Of a stretch of DNA of 64,000 bases, positions 28,445 to 40,125 are shown piece by piece (position 1 is the stretch's first letter; the number at the start of each line of letters is the position of its first letter). The notes beneath the pieces were generated by a model that was given only the letters and a program-made list of their open reading frames with translations, had not been told where the DNA came from and made no database searches. A program made the position numbers and the translations under genes. The DNA comes from the human T2T-CHM13v2.0 reference genome, Homo sapiens. Location of the stretch: NCBI RefSeq assembly GCF_009914755.1, contig NC_060928.1; one strand, 5' to 3'.

Positions 28445-28963
28445 AAGAAATGCATGCATTTCTTAATGCATAACCCAGTTGAACTGATGATAGGTTTTGT
28501 GGCTAACCATGCCTAAGAAAAGCAAGCAAGCAATATGAACAGCCATATACAATAGCTCTGTCTCAGTTATTCTATGTCCTAGTGAGGTTAGGTTAACTCA
28601 GGTTGTCAAAGAGAACTCTAGCTTGGAGATGTGGAGAAATTGAGACCCTCATACATTGGTGGTAAGAATGTAAAGTAGCACAGATGCTGTGGCAAACAAA
28701 ATATTCAACACAGAGTTACCAAATGACCCAGCAGTTAGACCCCTAGAGAAATAAAAACATGTCCACACCAAAACTTCAATGTGGTAAACAATGCCCAGAA
28801 TAGGAAAATACATAGAAATGGAAAGTAGATTCGTGGTTTCCTAGGGCTGGGGTCGGGGGAGATTGTTGGGGAAATAAGAAGGGATTGCTAATGGGTTCAG
28901 GGTCTTAGTTTGAAAATATATGAAAACTTGAATGTATCAATTGGTTTATATTGGGAGAGCATA

Positions 28964-29737
28964 CAGGCTGGCTGTATTCATACATGTTATATTAAAGGGA
29001 CTCCAAACTAACTGCCAATGTCTATCTCTGCCCAAGCCCTGCTGGCTGCCCCTCCCCACCCTGCCCAGTGACTGCTGTCACCCTTTGTTCCTGCAAGGAC
29101 TAGGCATGGGTACAGGGCAGATCCTGATCGAGCCTGTGGGCCCTGGACTCCCAGCACAGGGTGTGGTTATTGCCATCTCCTCTCCAGACTGGCAGTACCA
29201 TGCATGCTTGGTGGGTGGCAGCAGGGGGTGGGGGAGGGGATAGGCCAGGAGGAGAGGGGAGTGGAGGTAAGTCTCTCACCCACCTGGATCCAGGTACCTG
29301 GCATGTCCTGGTTTGAAGGATGCAATCCCCTTGGGGCTACCAGTCACTGTAGCTTGGGACAGCAGGTCCATGGGAAGGGAAGATTGACTCCTCCCACCCC
29401 TCAACCCCCAGCTTTCTGCCAGGACACAGCCTCTTGGCGGGCCTGGCATCTGGAGAGAGAGGAAACCTGGCAACTGGTGAGCTGAGTTGCAGGGTGGGAT
29501 CCCTGGGCACCTGTGAGGCTCTGTAACTGCCCTTCATTCCCATGCCCAAGGGATTGCAACACTAAATAATAGTAATAATAAAACATTATGATGAGGGAGA
29601 GAACGTGGAAGAAAGGAAAAAGTTTTAAACATTTAAAATATGAGTGCCTTTACTGGCACTTTTTCCCTGCCCTTTGAATGTGGAGTTCTTGCATTTTCAT
29701 TTTGCACGAGGCTCAGCAAATTACGTAGTTGGCCCTG
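28964..29737 (+). mobile_element. MER45-family hAT-Tip100 element; 3' end clear, 5' boundary uncertain
   Basis: gcattttcattttgcacgaggctcagcaaattacgtagttggccctg matches the MER45 3' terminus; assignment of the GC-richer interior is tentative. Confidence 0.5.
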
Positions 29738-29739
29738 CC

Positions 29740-29862
29740 CAGGAAGAGTATGATCTTGCAAGTCGGGCACAGCAAAACTCCAGGGGTTGTCATAGATCAT
29801 GGTGTGGATGGGGCGTGCAGTTGCATAGTGAACGATATGAACAGCCATGCACAACAGCCCTG
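29740..29862. mobile_element. MER91-like hAT-Tip100 MITE
   Basis: gcacagcaaaactccagggg...ggatggggcg...gcagttgcatagtg...cacaacagccctg. Confidence 0.6.
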
Positions 29863-30194
29863 TCTCAGTGACTCTATGTCCTACTGAGGTTAGGTTAACG
29901 CAGGTTCTCAAGAGGAACTCTAGCTTAGAAAATTGGGTGTCTGAGAAATTCTTTCACTTAGAAGTCTAGTTTTAGAGTGGGCTTAAGGGAAATAAGAATG
30001 CTCTTGAGCAAGGCCTAATATGGGAGAGTTTCCTGAAGAATTATGATTTTCTGTCCTCTCATCTCTTTCTCCTATTTCTATAGATGGCACCACCATGCTT
30101 GTTTCTCCTTTGTTCCCTAAATACCAATAACAGTAATTGTGTATATGAAATGTGTTAATAACAAATTTAGTGCTTACTATAAGCTAGACACTAT

Positions 30195-30930
30195 GTGTGA
30201 AGCAGTGGTTAACAGTAGGAACTGAAGCCAAACAGTCTTGGACCACTATAAACCAATTGTGTGACCTTGAGCAAGTTACTGAACTCAGTTTCTGTATCTA
30301 TAAAACAGGGATAGTTGGAGTATCATATTAACGGGTTTGTGACGATTAAAGGAGCTGATATATAGAGAGCACTGAGAATATTGGCTGGCACACAATAAGT
30401 ATTGTGTGTTTTCTATTATTCTCAAAACTCTTGATTCTTTAAATATTTTATTTGACAAACATTTAAGGAGTGTGTATTATGTACCTAGCACGATCCTAGG
30501 AGCCCTATGAGGTAGGGAATATTATTCCCATTTTACAGATGGGAAAATTTATGATTAGAGAAATTGTCCCCTTTATCCGTAGTGTACAATTATCAAGGGG
30601 CTGAGCTAGGCTTAGATCACTAGTCTGCAAAGTGGATGTTCTTAACCAGTCAGCTTTTTTATTCTCTATAGGAACGAAAACATAGATTGCTTTTACTGAA
30701 TACTTACTCCACGCCAGCCAGGTACTTTTATACATGATCTCATTTATTCTTTACCACACCTCTGCAAGGTCAGTATTATTATCTCTATTTCCAGCATGGA
30801 GATCCCATTTAAAGGAGGAGTTAGAGTGCTTGCCCAGGTCATCACGCTGGAAGCTGGGCAAAGCTGAAATTCAAACCCAAATCCATCCACCTCCAGAATC
30901 CCCATTCTTTCTGCTAAATCATGCTGTCTG
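30195..30930. mobile_element. Cluster of three MIR fragments (one +, two -)
   Basis: gtgtgaccttgagcaagttact...ctcagtttctgtatctataaaacagggata; ccctatgaggtaggg...attattcccattttacagatggg; ttgcccaggtcatcacgct...ttcaaaccca. Confidence 0.75.
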
Positions 30931-31214
30931 TTTTATCAGGTTCTTAGGATGATTCTTTAATGCATCTTTGGGGCCTGCCCTCCTTTTCCTTTACCATGCT
31001 ATCCTGTTGCTCTGAAAACTCATGCCAAGATTTCTCTATGGATTTCTAGTCCCACTCATTTCCAGGAGCTCCACCTCTCTCCAATCCACTTTCCATTACT
31101 AGCTTGCTCTCTCTTTCTTACAGATCACTTCCATTCCATGTCTCCATCACTTAAGAATAGGCAATGCCTATGGAACCAAATCTAAATTCCTTGGCTTTGA
31201 ATATGTGGTTCTCC

Positions 31215-31382
31215 CTAATATACCCTCAAAATCTGGCTGTACTCTAGAGCTATTAAAAATCTTGTTGCCAAGCCACACTCCAGACCAGTTAATTTAGAAT
31301 CCTTAGGGGTGGGACCCAGGCATCAGTATTTTTAAGCCTCCCTAAAAGATTCCAATGTGCAGTCAAGGTTGAGAAGCACTGA
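31215..31382. mobile_element. MER5A-like MITE
   Basis: ccacactccagaccagttaatttagaatccttaggggtgggacccaggcatcagtatttttaa...gattccaatgtgcagtcaaggttgagaagcactg. Confidence 0.8.
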
Positions 31383-32909
31383 AATAAACCAATTGACTAC
31401 AACTTAAACCTCCCTCATAATTACTGGGCTAATCTCTATTGTCTTTCATATATACCTCTCTTCCCACAATGCTAATCCTTCTGTTAAGATTTTGCTCAGG
31501 GAGAATGCCTTCTCCTTTCCTCTTACGGTTCAAGTCTCCTAACCTGTCAGACCTTGTCCCATCTCTACCCACTCCAGGAAGACTTCTTTAAACTTGCCAA
31601 CCTCAGAACAAACTCTGCATCTAAGTATGCATTTACAGTTTAGACAGTTGAGCTGGGCACATGATATTACAATACTTTTGCTTGTTCTCTAACTACTTTA
31701 CAAGTATTGGTCTACAGTCCTTCCAATTGTGTAAAATATTAGTGCCAAGACCTTTTCCTGTATACTTTGTTATGCCATCTATTTTCCCTTTTTTGACTTC
31801 CCAGTACCCTGCATCCTTTAAAACCTAACTTGTGAGTGTGTTCCTCTCTCTGAAATCTTGTCTACTCACCTTTGTCCTGGTGCCTCTAACATCTTGCCAC
31901 TAGAAAGGTCATTCCTTCAAAAGACCCATCATTTTCACTCCTCCGTGTTGCTGCCTTTGCCCAGATTTCCCTACCCTTCAATCTAGGAAGATTCTGCTCT
32001 ATTCATCTTTCAAGGCTTCCTTCTTTCTTACCTCATCTATGATTCTTCTTTTATCAGGCAGAACTGATGGTGTCTCGCTTCATGTTCCTATTGTCCATTA
32101 TTTGTGCCAATCATTTAGAGCTTATCACAATGTATTAGAGTTGATAGGCCTCTGTTGATTTTAAATTTAAAAAGCATGTGTGCATGTTATAAAATAGTGA
32201 ATCATTCAAACATAAAAAAAAAAAAAAAAAAAACTTCTGGCACTTTGTTTTTCTTATGAGCCTGACAACAAAGTGCTGTTGATGTGAAAGGCAATTTTCA
32301 CAAATCAGAACATCACTGGGTTGGGGGCTAGCCTTTGAAGGCCCTGGCCCGAGAAACCTGTTATTTTGTGTGCATGTCATGTGCGTAGGTGTGTGCTGGC
32401 TTCCTTTCAATAAAAGCTGCATAGAAAGGAACTGGCAGAAAGGGAAGATGTGCAAAATATGTCCCTTTCTTTGAAGTCCACCACTGATCAGAGATAAAAA
32501 GACCTTTGCACCGGCAGAGGGGACTTGAAAGCATGATGCCTTAATAAGCAGGCTCACATAGTCACAGTCTCTTATTTTCTTTAAAAACTTCCAGATTCAA
32601 AATAACCTTGCAATAGTCAATTTTTAAAAGTTACCAAGAGAAGCTGTGACAAATAAGAATTCCATACGCAAGAGGATTGTATCAATAAGGGACTTCAGAT
32701 CTTGCCCCTGAGAAATATACTCTTTTTGTAGAAGACTAAGAAGTTAAACATACAGCTGAAAATCAAATTGAAGCATGGTTGCCACTATAAAAGTAGAAGA
32801 GCTTTTTGCATCTTGAATTTGCGACTCTCCTATCTCCATACTAGCACAGTATAAGGAGGACAGGTAGAAAGGAGGAAGCATATAGCATGTGACCATAATT
32901 CTGTTGAAA

Positions 32910-33203
32910 TTTTTTTTTTTTTTTTTTTTTAGATAAGGTCTTGCTCTGTTACCCAGGCTGGAGTGCAGTGGTGCGAATATGGTAGCCTCAACCTCCTGGA
33001 TTCAGGTGATCCTCCCACCTCAGCCTCCCAAGTAGCTGGGACTACAGGTGAGTGCCACCATGCCCGGCTAATTTTTTATTTTTTGTAGAGATGGTGTTTC
33101 ACCAAGTTGCCCAGGCTGGTGTCAAATTCCTGAGCTCAAGTGATCTGTGTGCCTCAGCCTCTCAAAATGCTGGGATTACAGGCATGAGCCACCACGCCCG
33201 GCC
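32910..33203 (-). mobile_element. AluJ
   Basis: T tail, aggtcttgctctgttacccagg...gcctcaacctcctgg...gatcctcccacctcagcc...gagctcaagtgatc...gcccggcc. Confidence 0.93.
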
Positions 33204-33813
33204 TGCTGAGAATCTTCTGATCAGGAATCCAACACTATACAAAAAAGTGTCCTATCAATTCTCCCTTTGAACTAAAGACTCATTTTCCAGCTTCATATTC
33301 TAAAGTTGCTTTGGGAGATCGCACATGGAACTCCAAGTTCTCCTCAAGTTCCCACTTCAACATGTAACATTGATGAATTAACATGCAGGTTTTAGTAGAC
33401 TTTAGATCACATTCCCATCTCAGCATGATGAAGCTTTCCCCAACTTCAGCCAAAGATCACTGAAATTAAAACCTAGGTTTTGTCTAAACAAGCATTCATA
33501 CTGTGTGATTTGTCATGATTTGTCTATAAATTTGTTCAGCTCTAATCAAATTTTCCTAGGCTAATAAATCTTCAATGATAAAGATGCATGCATATGAATG
33601 GAGGCAGAGTTCAGTCAAAGTACTTGGGGAAGAGGAGGAAAGGTAAAGGCAGGGATTCCTGGAGTCCCATTTGGATCCGTTTTGGATAATGAGGGTATTT
33701 TAAAAACCAGAGAGAAGAACGTGATTCTCTATAGGAAGGAAGGCACATACAAAGGTTCAAGGGTGGGTAGAAGGAAATCTGTCTCTGTATGACACGCAAA
33801 GCTGTTTGCCTAT

Positions 33814-34164
33814 TGTTATGGACTGAATTGGGTCTCCTCTCAAAATTCATACATTGAAGCTCTAATGCTTGGTACCTCAGAATGTGACTGCGTGTGAAGA
33901 TATTTCCTTTAAATGGGTGATTAAGTTAAAATGAGGCCATGAGCCCTAATTCAATCTGACTGGTGTCCGTATAAAAAGGAATGACCATATAGGGTGAGAA
34001 GAGAAACACCCACAAGCCAAGGAGAGAAGTCTCAGAAGAAACCAACCCTGCTGGCATCTTAATCTTGGACTTTCAGCCTCCAGAACTGTGAGAAAATACA
34101 TTTCTGTTGTTTAAGCCATTTAGTCTGTGGTATTTTGCTAGGGTAACCCTAGTAAACTAACATA
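33814..34164 (+). mobile_element. MaLR solo LTR, MLT1A/B-like
   Basis: tgttatggactgaattg...tacctcagaatgtgactg...cagcctccagaactgtgagaaaatacatttctgttgtttaagcca...aaactaacata; TSD cctat/cctac. Confidence 0.88.
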
Positions 34165-34819
34165 CCTACAAAACAACCATTCCTTCCTCCTTTTTTCCTA
34201 CATGGCAGAGCCCGTCCCCCACCACAGAGTCTCCCAATTGCCTTTGAAGCCAGGGCATGGACAACTGCACCCATCCTGGCACAAAAGGATAAGGCTACTG
34301 ATGGACTCTGAGAAAGGTTTTCCTCTATCATGAATGGAACAATATACAAGGGTCTGTCCTCCCTAGGACTAGGTCCCTATTCTGAAAGGACATAATCCTT
34401 GGAGTTATAGTAGCCACTTTGAACCATGAAGGAGACACAAGAAAATTATAGAGAAGCTGCCCCAGCACCATTAATGATATTGAGCCACTGAATCAACTCT
34501 ATAACTGCTCTCTTGGGTTTCCTGTCATGTGACACAATTGCTCCTATTGTCTAAGCCCAGTTTGGATGAAATTATTACCTGCTGGGTCCAGCAAGGAGAA
34601 TGACCTGACTAAAGGAGAAGATTAAGTTAGTGAAACCAAGCAGACCTGGGTCTAGGAAATAATCTTTGAACATTCTGTAGAAAGTAATGCAGGAACGTGG
34701 GCAAGAGAAAAAAGAGTTAAAGATAAATTTCTAAACTGTGAGTCCATGAGAATGGAATACCTATGAGGAGTATGGTGGCTTTCTCCTTTGGAGAGAATTT
34801 ATTAGCTTTTTAAGCCCAT

Positions 34820-35183
34820 TGTATTAGTCTGTTCTCATGCTGCTAATGAAGACATACCCAAGCTTGGGTAATTTATAAAGAAAAGACATTTAATTGACTC
34901 ATGGTTACACATGGCTGGGAAGGCCTCACAATCATGGCAGAACACGAATGAAGAGTAAAGTCATGTCTTACATGGTGGCAGGCAAGAGAGCCTGTGCAAG
35001 GGAACTCCCATTTATACAACCATCAGATCTCATGAGACTTATTCACTATCACAAGAACAGCATGTGAAGAAACTACCCCTATGATTCAATTACCTTCCAC
35101 TGGGTCCCTCCCATGACATGTGGGAATTATAGGAGTTACAGTTCAAGATGAGATTTGGGTGGGGACACAGCCAAACCATATCA
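34820..35183 (-). mobile_element. THE1 (B/C-like) solo LTR, 364 bp
   Basis: tgtattagtctgttctcatgctgcta...gagatttgggtggggacacagccaaaccatatca; TSD cccat (34815-34819)/cccac (35184-35188). Confidence 0.93.
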
Positions 35184-35729
35184 CCCACTTCTCAAAATGT
35201 GTTTAGTGGATTAGCAAGAGTTCAGTCTGTTAGGAGGAGGGATTGTTCTCTAAGATGAGATAGTGAAACTGAGAATGGGGTAGCAATTGAAAAGAGACTT
35301 GGATGGGTATCCTACCGGTGGGCCTGTTGGGTGGACATTAATATGTGCTGTTAAAGTAGGTTATCTACTGTTTATATCAGACCTCAAAGCATAGAAACCA
35401 GTGCTTGAAATATATTTTAATGGGCTGTTGCTATCTGGTGCTAGTTTATAATAATTCAAGTAAAAATTGTTTTGAGCAGTGAAGCCTTGTGAACTGTGAG
35501 TTTATACAAGCTTTGCAGTGATAGTCTGGGATATGATGTTTGAACCTAAATCTACCACTAACCAAAAGACCTTAGACAAGTCATTTCACGTCTTTAACCT
35601 CAATGGCTTCAGCAATAGAAGGAAATTTGACTACAACCATAGCCTTTTATTTTTTTCCCCTGCAGTGGAACTCTTTGTTGTTGAGATAAATCATATTCAA
35701 ACCTCCAATATCTAATAATAAAAATGGTA

Positions 35730-35960
35730 CTACTAATAATTCAAAGTTGTTACATAAATAGAATTTGCCAGGCTTTGTGCCAAGTAATCTAGGTGAATTA
35801 CCTCATTTAATTGCCATTCTTAATAATACTATAAAATAGGAAATGTTACTGTCATTCCTGCTTTACAGATAAATATACTGAGGCACAAAGAAGTTAAGAA
35901 ACTTGCCTGAGTCCACACAGCTAGAAGATGACAGATAATCTGACTCCCTTGCCTTGGCTT
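35730..35960 (-). mobile_element. MIR
   Basis: cctcatttaat...ctttacagataaatatactgaggcacaaagaagttaagaaacttgcctgagtccacacagctag. Confidence 0.75.
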
Positions 35961-35979
35961 AATAAAAGTCCTGTTTGGG

Positions 35980-35981
35980 GT

Positions 35982-36029
<48 letters not shown>
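35980..36029 (+). repeat. (TG)n microsatellite
   Basis: Direct reading. Confidence 0.95.
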
Positions 36030-36032
<3 letters not shown>

Positions 36033-36974
36033 GGGGGAGGAGGTGTGTGTGGTTGTTTAGACATCAAACTGCAGAAAATTGGGCCTTCCCTTCAGTAGCC
36101 TTTATGGCACCCTCCAGGGACCTGGAAAATCACAGAATTAAAAAAACTGCTAATTCATCTGATCTCCAAAGCAATAATTTATTTACAGAGCAGGAAGAAG
36201 AGAGGGTATCTGAATGGGTTTTGTGAAGTGAAGGAAGCTGTGTTACAGGTTGAAAACAAAGCAGCATATTTTCCCATTGTTTTGACTTATTTTAGTTACA
36301 GTCTTGGTTTTATTTTAAATTTCAATTAGCATTAATACATTAATAATCATATGAGGATCACACACATGTATATAAAGGAACATACACTATAAAAGTGTTG
36401 AGAAGCACTGATTCGGTGGCTCTTTAGATCTATGGATTTTAGTTTCCCTGGTTCTGCCATCTGATTATTTTCTACTCATTTTCACCATTCCTTGTCCAAC
36501 TTCCTAACCTTGTGAAAGTTAACACTGATTATACCCCCTACTTTAGATCATCCAATAAAAGATGAACACCCATGTGGCACATCAACCACCGGCTTCCATA
36601 AGGATACTAATCATTACAAGAGCTAACATCCATTGCTCCTTACTATGTGCCAGAAACTACATATAAGCCGATTCAATTCTTGCAGAATCCCAAGCATCTA
36701 CTGCAGGCTAGGTAGCATTTCTTCAAGGGATCTTTCCTAAACTCCTGGCTTGGGGAAAGTGGTCTCTGGGTTTCCATTACACAAGGAACTTATTTCTAAC
36801 ATAGCATGTATCTAGTAATATCAATTCATTTGACTCATATCTGTCTCCCTGAGTAGAATTATAAACTCCTGGAGGACAAGAACTTTGCATTACACATCTC
36901 TGTCTCTCTAACACTAAGCACAGGGGTTGGCATATAATAGGCACTTAATAGATGCTGGGTCAACACTGGAAGAC

Positions 36975-37366
36975 ACTTTCAATTAGCTACCCCAGTTGCT
37001 TCCCAAACCTTCCCACCTTGGTTAACTCCAATCTAGAGACTGGGAAAACTAGACATTTTTCCAGTTCGCTGGAAAGACTCTTGGAAGTAAACTATTCTTC
37101 TGACTATGTTATAAAGTTGTTTGACAAGAAAGTTCTGTGAGAATCTGAGGCTTAGAGCCACTGCAGCCATTTTGTAACAATGAAAGAAAGACCAAGAGAA
37201 TCACAGGAACCCAGAACAAGATCCTTGATGTCTTTGAGCCACTGAATCCTTCCTAGAATCACCTCCCGGCAAGACTACCTGCTGTGTAAGACAAAGAAAT
37301 TCTATTTGTTAAAACCACTGTGAGATTTCCTGTTACTGGTTGTTTAAGACATTCCTTCTTATACAT
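36975..37366 (+). mobile_element. Old MLT1 (J/K/L-like) LTR fragment
   Basis: ctgcagccattttg...ttgagccactgaatc...ttctatttgttaaaaccactg...tttcctgttact...ataca; a similar fragment lies at ~34230-34610. Confidence 0.55.
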
Positions 37367-37424
37367 AAGCATTTGGAAATCAATAAAACCTGGTCCCTAA
37401 CCTTAACAAAAGACCTCAGAGATG

Positions 37425-37594
37425 TAGAGTTTCCAGATTAAATATAGGACTTGTCAAAAACAAGTCATTTTTTAGGACGACGATGTCCATTCAATATTTG
37501 GGACATGTATGTTTAAACAAATACTTGTGGTATATCTGAAATATAAATTTAATTGTATATCCTTTATTTGTATTTACAAAAGCTGGCAACTCTT
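37425..37594. mobile_element. MER53 hAT MITE
   Basis: tagagtttccagat...aatatttgggacat...tatctgaaatataaatttaa...ctggcaactct, with inverted termini. Confidence 0.75.
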
Positions 37595-37902
37595 CCTGGA
37601 TGGTAAAAAGACACCTTCAAAGAGAAGCAGAAAAGAGGCTTCAACTGGAGCATATGCTTTTAGCAAACAAAACTGCTCCCCAGATGAGATAACAACAATA
37701 AGAACTTAAATTGTATAGGACTTAATGGTTTTCAGAGAACTTTCATTGGTATTACTTATTCACTAAACAGTTGCTGGGCTTATGCTAAATAAAAAACACT
37801 TAATCCTAACAAGTTATTTGCTCAAGGTGGCACAGATGCTAAGTATAGGAGTTGAGACCTGAATTTTTCTCTTCTAGTTTCTGGCTTAGTGCTGGTTCTT
37901 GA

Positions 37903-38084
37903 TAGCAGAGGTTCTTAAACTTTAATATGCATCAGAATCACCCACAGGGCGTGTTAAAAACACAGACTATTGTACCTTCAACCAGTAGTAGTGTGAGACA
38001 GGGCCCAAGAATATGCCTTTCTTACAAGTTCACAGGCGATACTGATGCTGCTAGTGTTGGAACCACACTTTTTGGAAACCACTG
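37903..38084. mobile_element. MER5A/MER5A1-like MITE
   Basis: ggttcttaaacttt...gcatcagaatcacc...gggcccaagaat...gatactgatgctgct...accacactt...aaccactg. Confidence 0.8.
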
Positions 38085-38416
38085 CTTTATACTATACCAA
38101 GGCATCTCTTTTCTAGCAGGATGGAATCTAGAAACACCTACCTTCTTTGGAAGAAGAAAAAAATCTATGTGGTATATCAATGCCAAAGGTCTTTTGACAA
38201 CATATTCATTGTAAAGACAAATAGCTAAACCCTTTCTTTTCTTTGAGTTGTATCATTTGGAGGTTGGAAGTTAAATGTACATATGAGGAAGCACTTTAAA
38301 ATGAATGTGGTGCCTCTGCTTTACTCTTTTGAACACACTGGTTTCCATTCACAGATGTGGATGCTGTCCAAACAAGCTGGGGGTTTTACTAAAGTGTAGG
38401 AGGCAGGAGTGGAATT

Positions 38417-38418
<2 letters not shown>

Positions 38419-38463
<45 letters not shown>

Positions 38464-38472
38464 ATGTGTGTG
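38419..38472 (+). repeat. (TG)n/(TATG)n microsatellite
   Basis: Direct reading. Confidence 0.93.
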
Positions 38473-39139
38473 CATGAACAGCATTTCTGGAGGACGGGCT
38501 GCAAAGAACTTAAGGGTCACTACAAAACTGCTCAGGCACCTAGAAGTTAGAATTCCCAGTACCTTCATCTCTAAAGTCATGTTTTCTTCAGATCATAAAA
38601 CCTGATCTTTTGAACGAAAAGCCAAGAAATGGCTCTTCTTTATCTAGAGTCAATTGCATCCTCTCTCTCTTTCTTTTCTTCTTTGCTTGCCTCCTTCATA
38701 CTCCCACAGCAACCACCTACCAGACAGGAAGATAAAATAGAAACCAAGAGGAGCAGCCAACTGTAAAGCAGTCAACTGTGGCTGCCAAACCACAGGCAGG
38801 CGTAGGGTGAGAAGGGGGGATGTGGAAGAGAAGAAAAAGAGCTATTTATTCTCTGGGTCTCTGACTGGTAATTTCACTGTCTACATAAACAGTAGCTGAG
38901 AGCATTAAAAACAAATACAATTATACTACCAACATGGTTCATATTCTTGGGGTCTCCTCTCCATGGGTGGGTCCTGAAAGTCTTTTGGGGACCTCCAATA
39001 CTCCCCAGCCGACCCCAGAACCCCTAGCCAGTAGATATACCAGTACCACTCATTGCACTCCAGGTTAGCAACCACCATCTCATCTACCCAAATAGTTTCT
39101 TCAGCTATGCAACAATGAAGGGTCATTGATTTCCTTTTA

Positions 39140-40125
39140 AAAATTTCAAAAGCATGAATGTTGCAGAAAACTACAAAGAACAATATAACAACAAACAGTT
39201 GTAGCTCTATGGTCCAGATATAACAACTTTTAACATTTGACTGTATTTCTTCCAGGTTTTGGTATTTTTTTTAATGGAATTAAATGACAGACATAGTCAA
39301 ACATATTTTTCAGCCCATCCCTTTTCCATTATCCTTCTCTGACAACATATATAAATTTTGTATGGTTCTTTCTCAGTTTTAAAAATTATACATATATAAC
39401 ATGCATCAGAAAACAATATATATTATTTTTGTTCTTTTTTGTTTATATAAATGATTCATACTGAGTGTTCTTTCTCCTTATTTTCACTCAACATAATGTT
39501 CTTAAAATATAACCAGTTGATGTAGGTCATTACTTTCAACTGTTCATTTTATTTAAATATTCCTCTAAAAATGGACATTTAGATTGTTTCCAATTCTTTA
39601 CTCTTACAAACAATGCTACAATACCGATTGTATTATATGACTCTGTGCACTTACACCAGAGTTTCTGTTGGGTATATATACAGAAGTAGAATTATGGAGA
39701 CTTTAGTATTAAATCTTGAATTTTACTAGATGATGTCAGTATATCTTGAAAGTGGGTCTATCAAATTACATTCCCAAGAGTAACGCAGGAGAGTACCATT
39801 GCACCCGCATCCTGACAACTCTCAATATTGTCAGATGTCTTAATTTTTGCCAGTCTGACATATTACAATAAAAGGTGTCCTGTGTTGTTTTAATTTTCAT
39901 CTTCTTGTAAATTATTGAGTTTGTTCCGGTTCAGATTGCCTTCTTTATGACTTGCCTGTTCACATCCTTTGCACATTCTTCTAGGTGGTTATTTGTCTTT
40001 GCTTACTGATTTGTAGAAATTCTTTTAAAATATATTGTGAACAATAGTACTTTATCTATTATTTACAAATATTACAAATTTCTTCTCCCTGTCAATGGCT
40101 TCTGTTTTAACATTGTTTATGAGTA
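39140..40125 (-). mobile_element. Old L1 (L1ME-like) fragment
   Basis: atggacatttagattgtttcca...aacaatgctaca...aaattacattccca...taatttttgccagtctga...tgcctgttcacatcctttgc. Confidence 0.75.

Noticed and set aside
28950-29560. GC-richer patch as a possible CpG-island promoter
   Set aside because: Very few CpGs; it probably lies within a MER45-family element.
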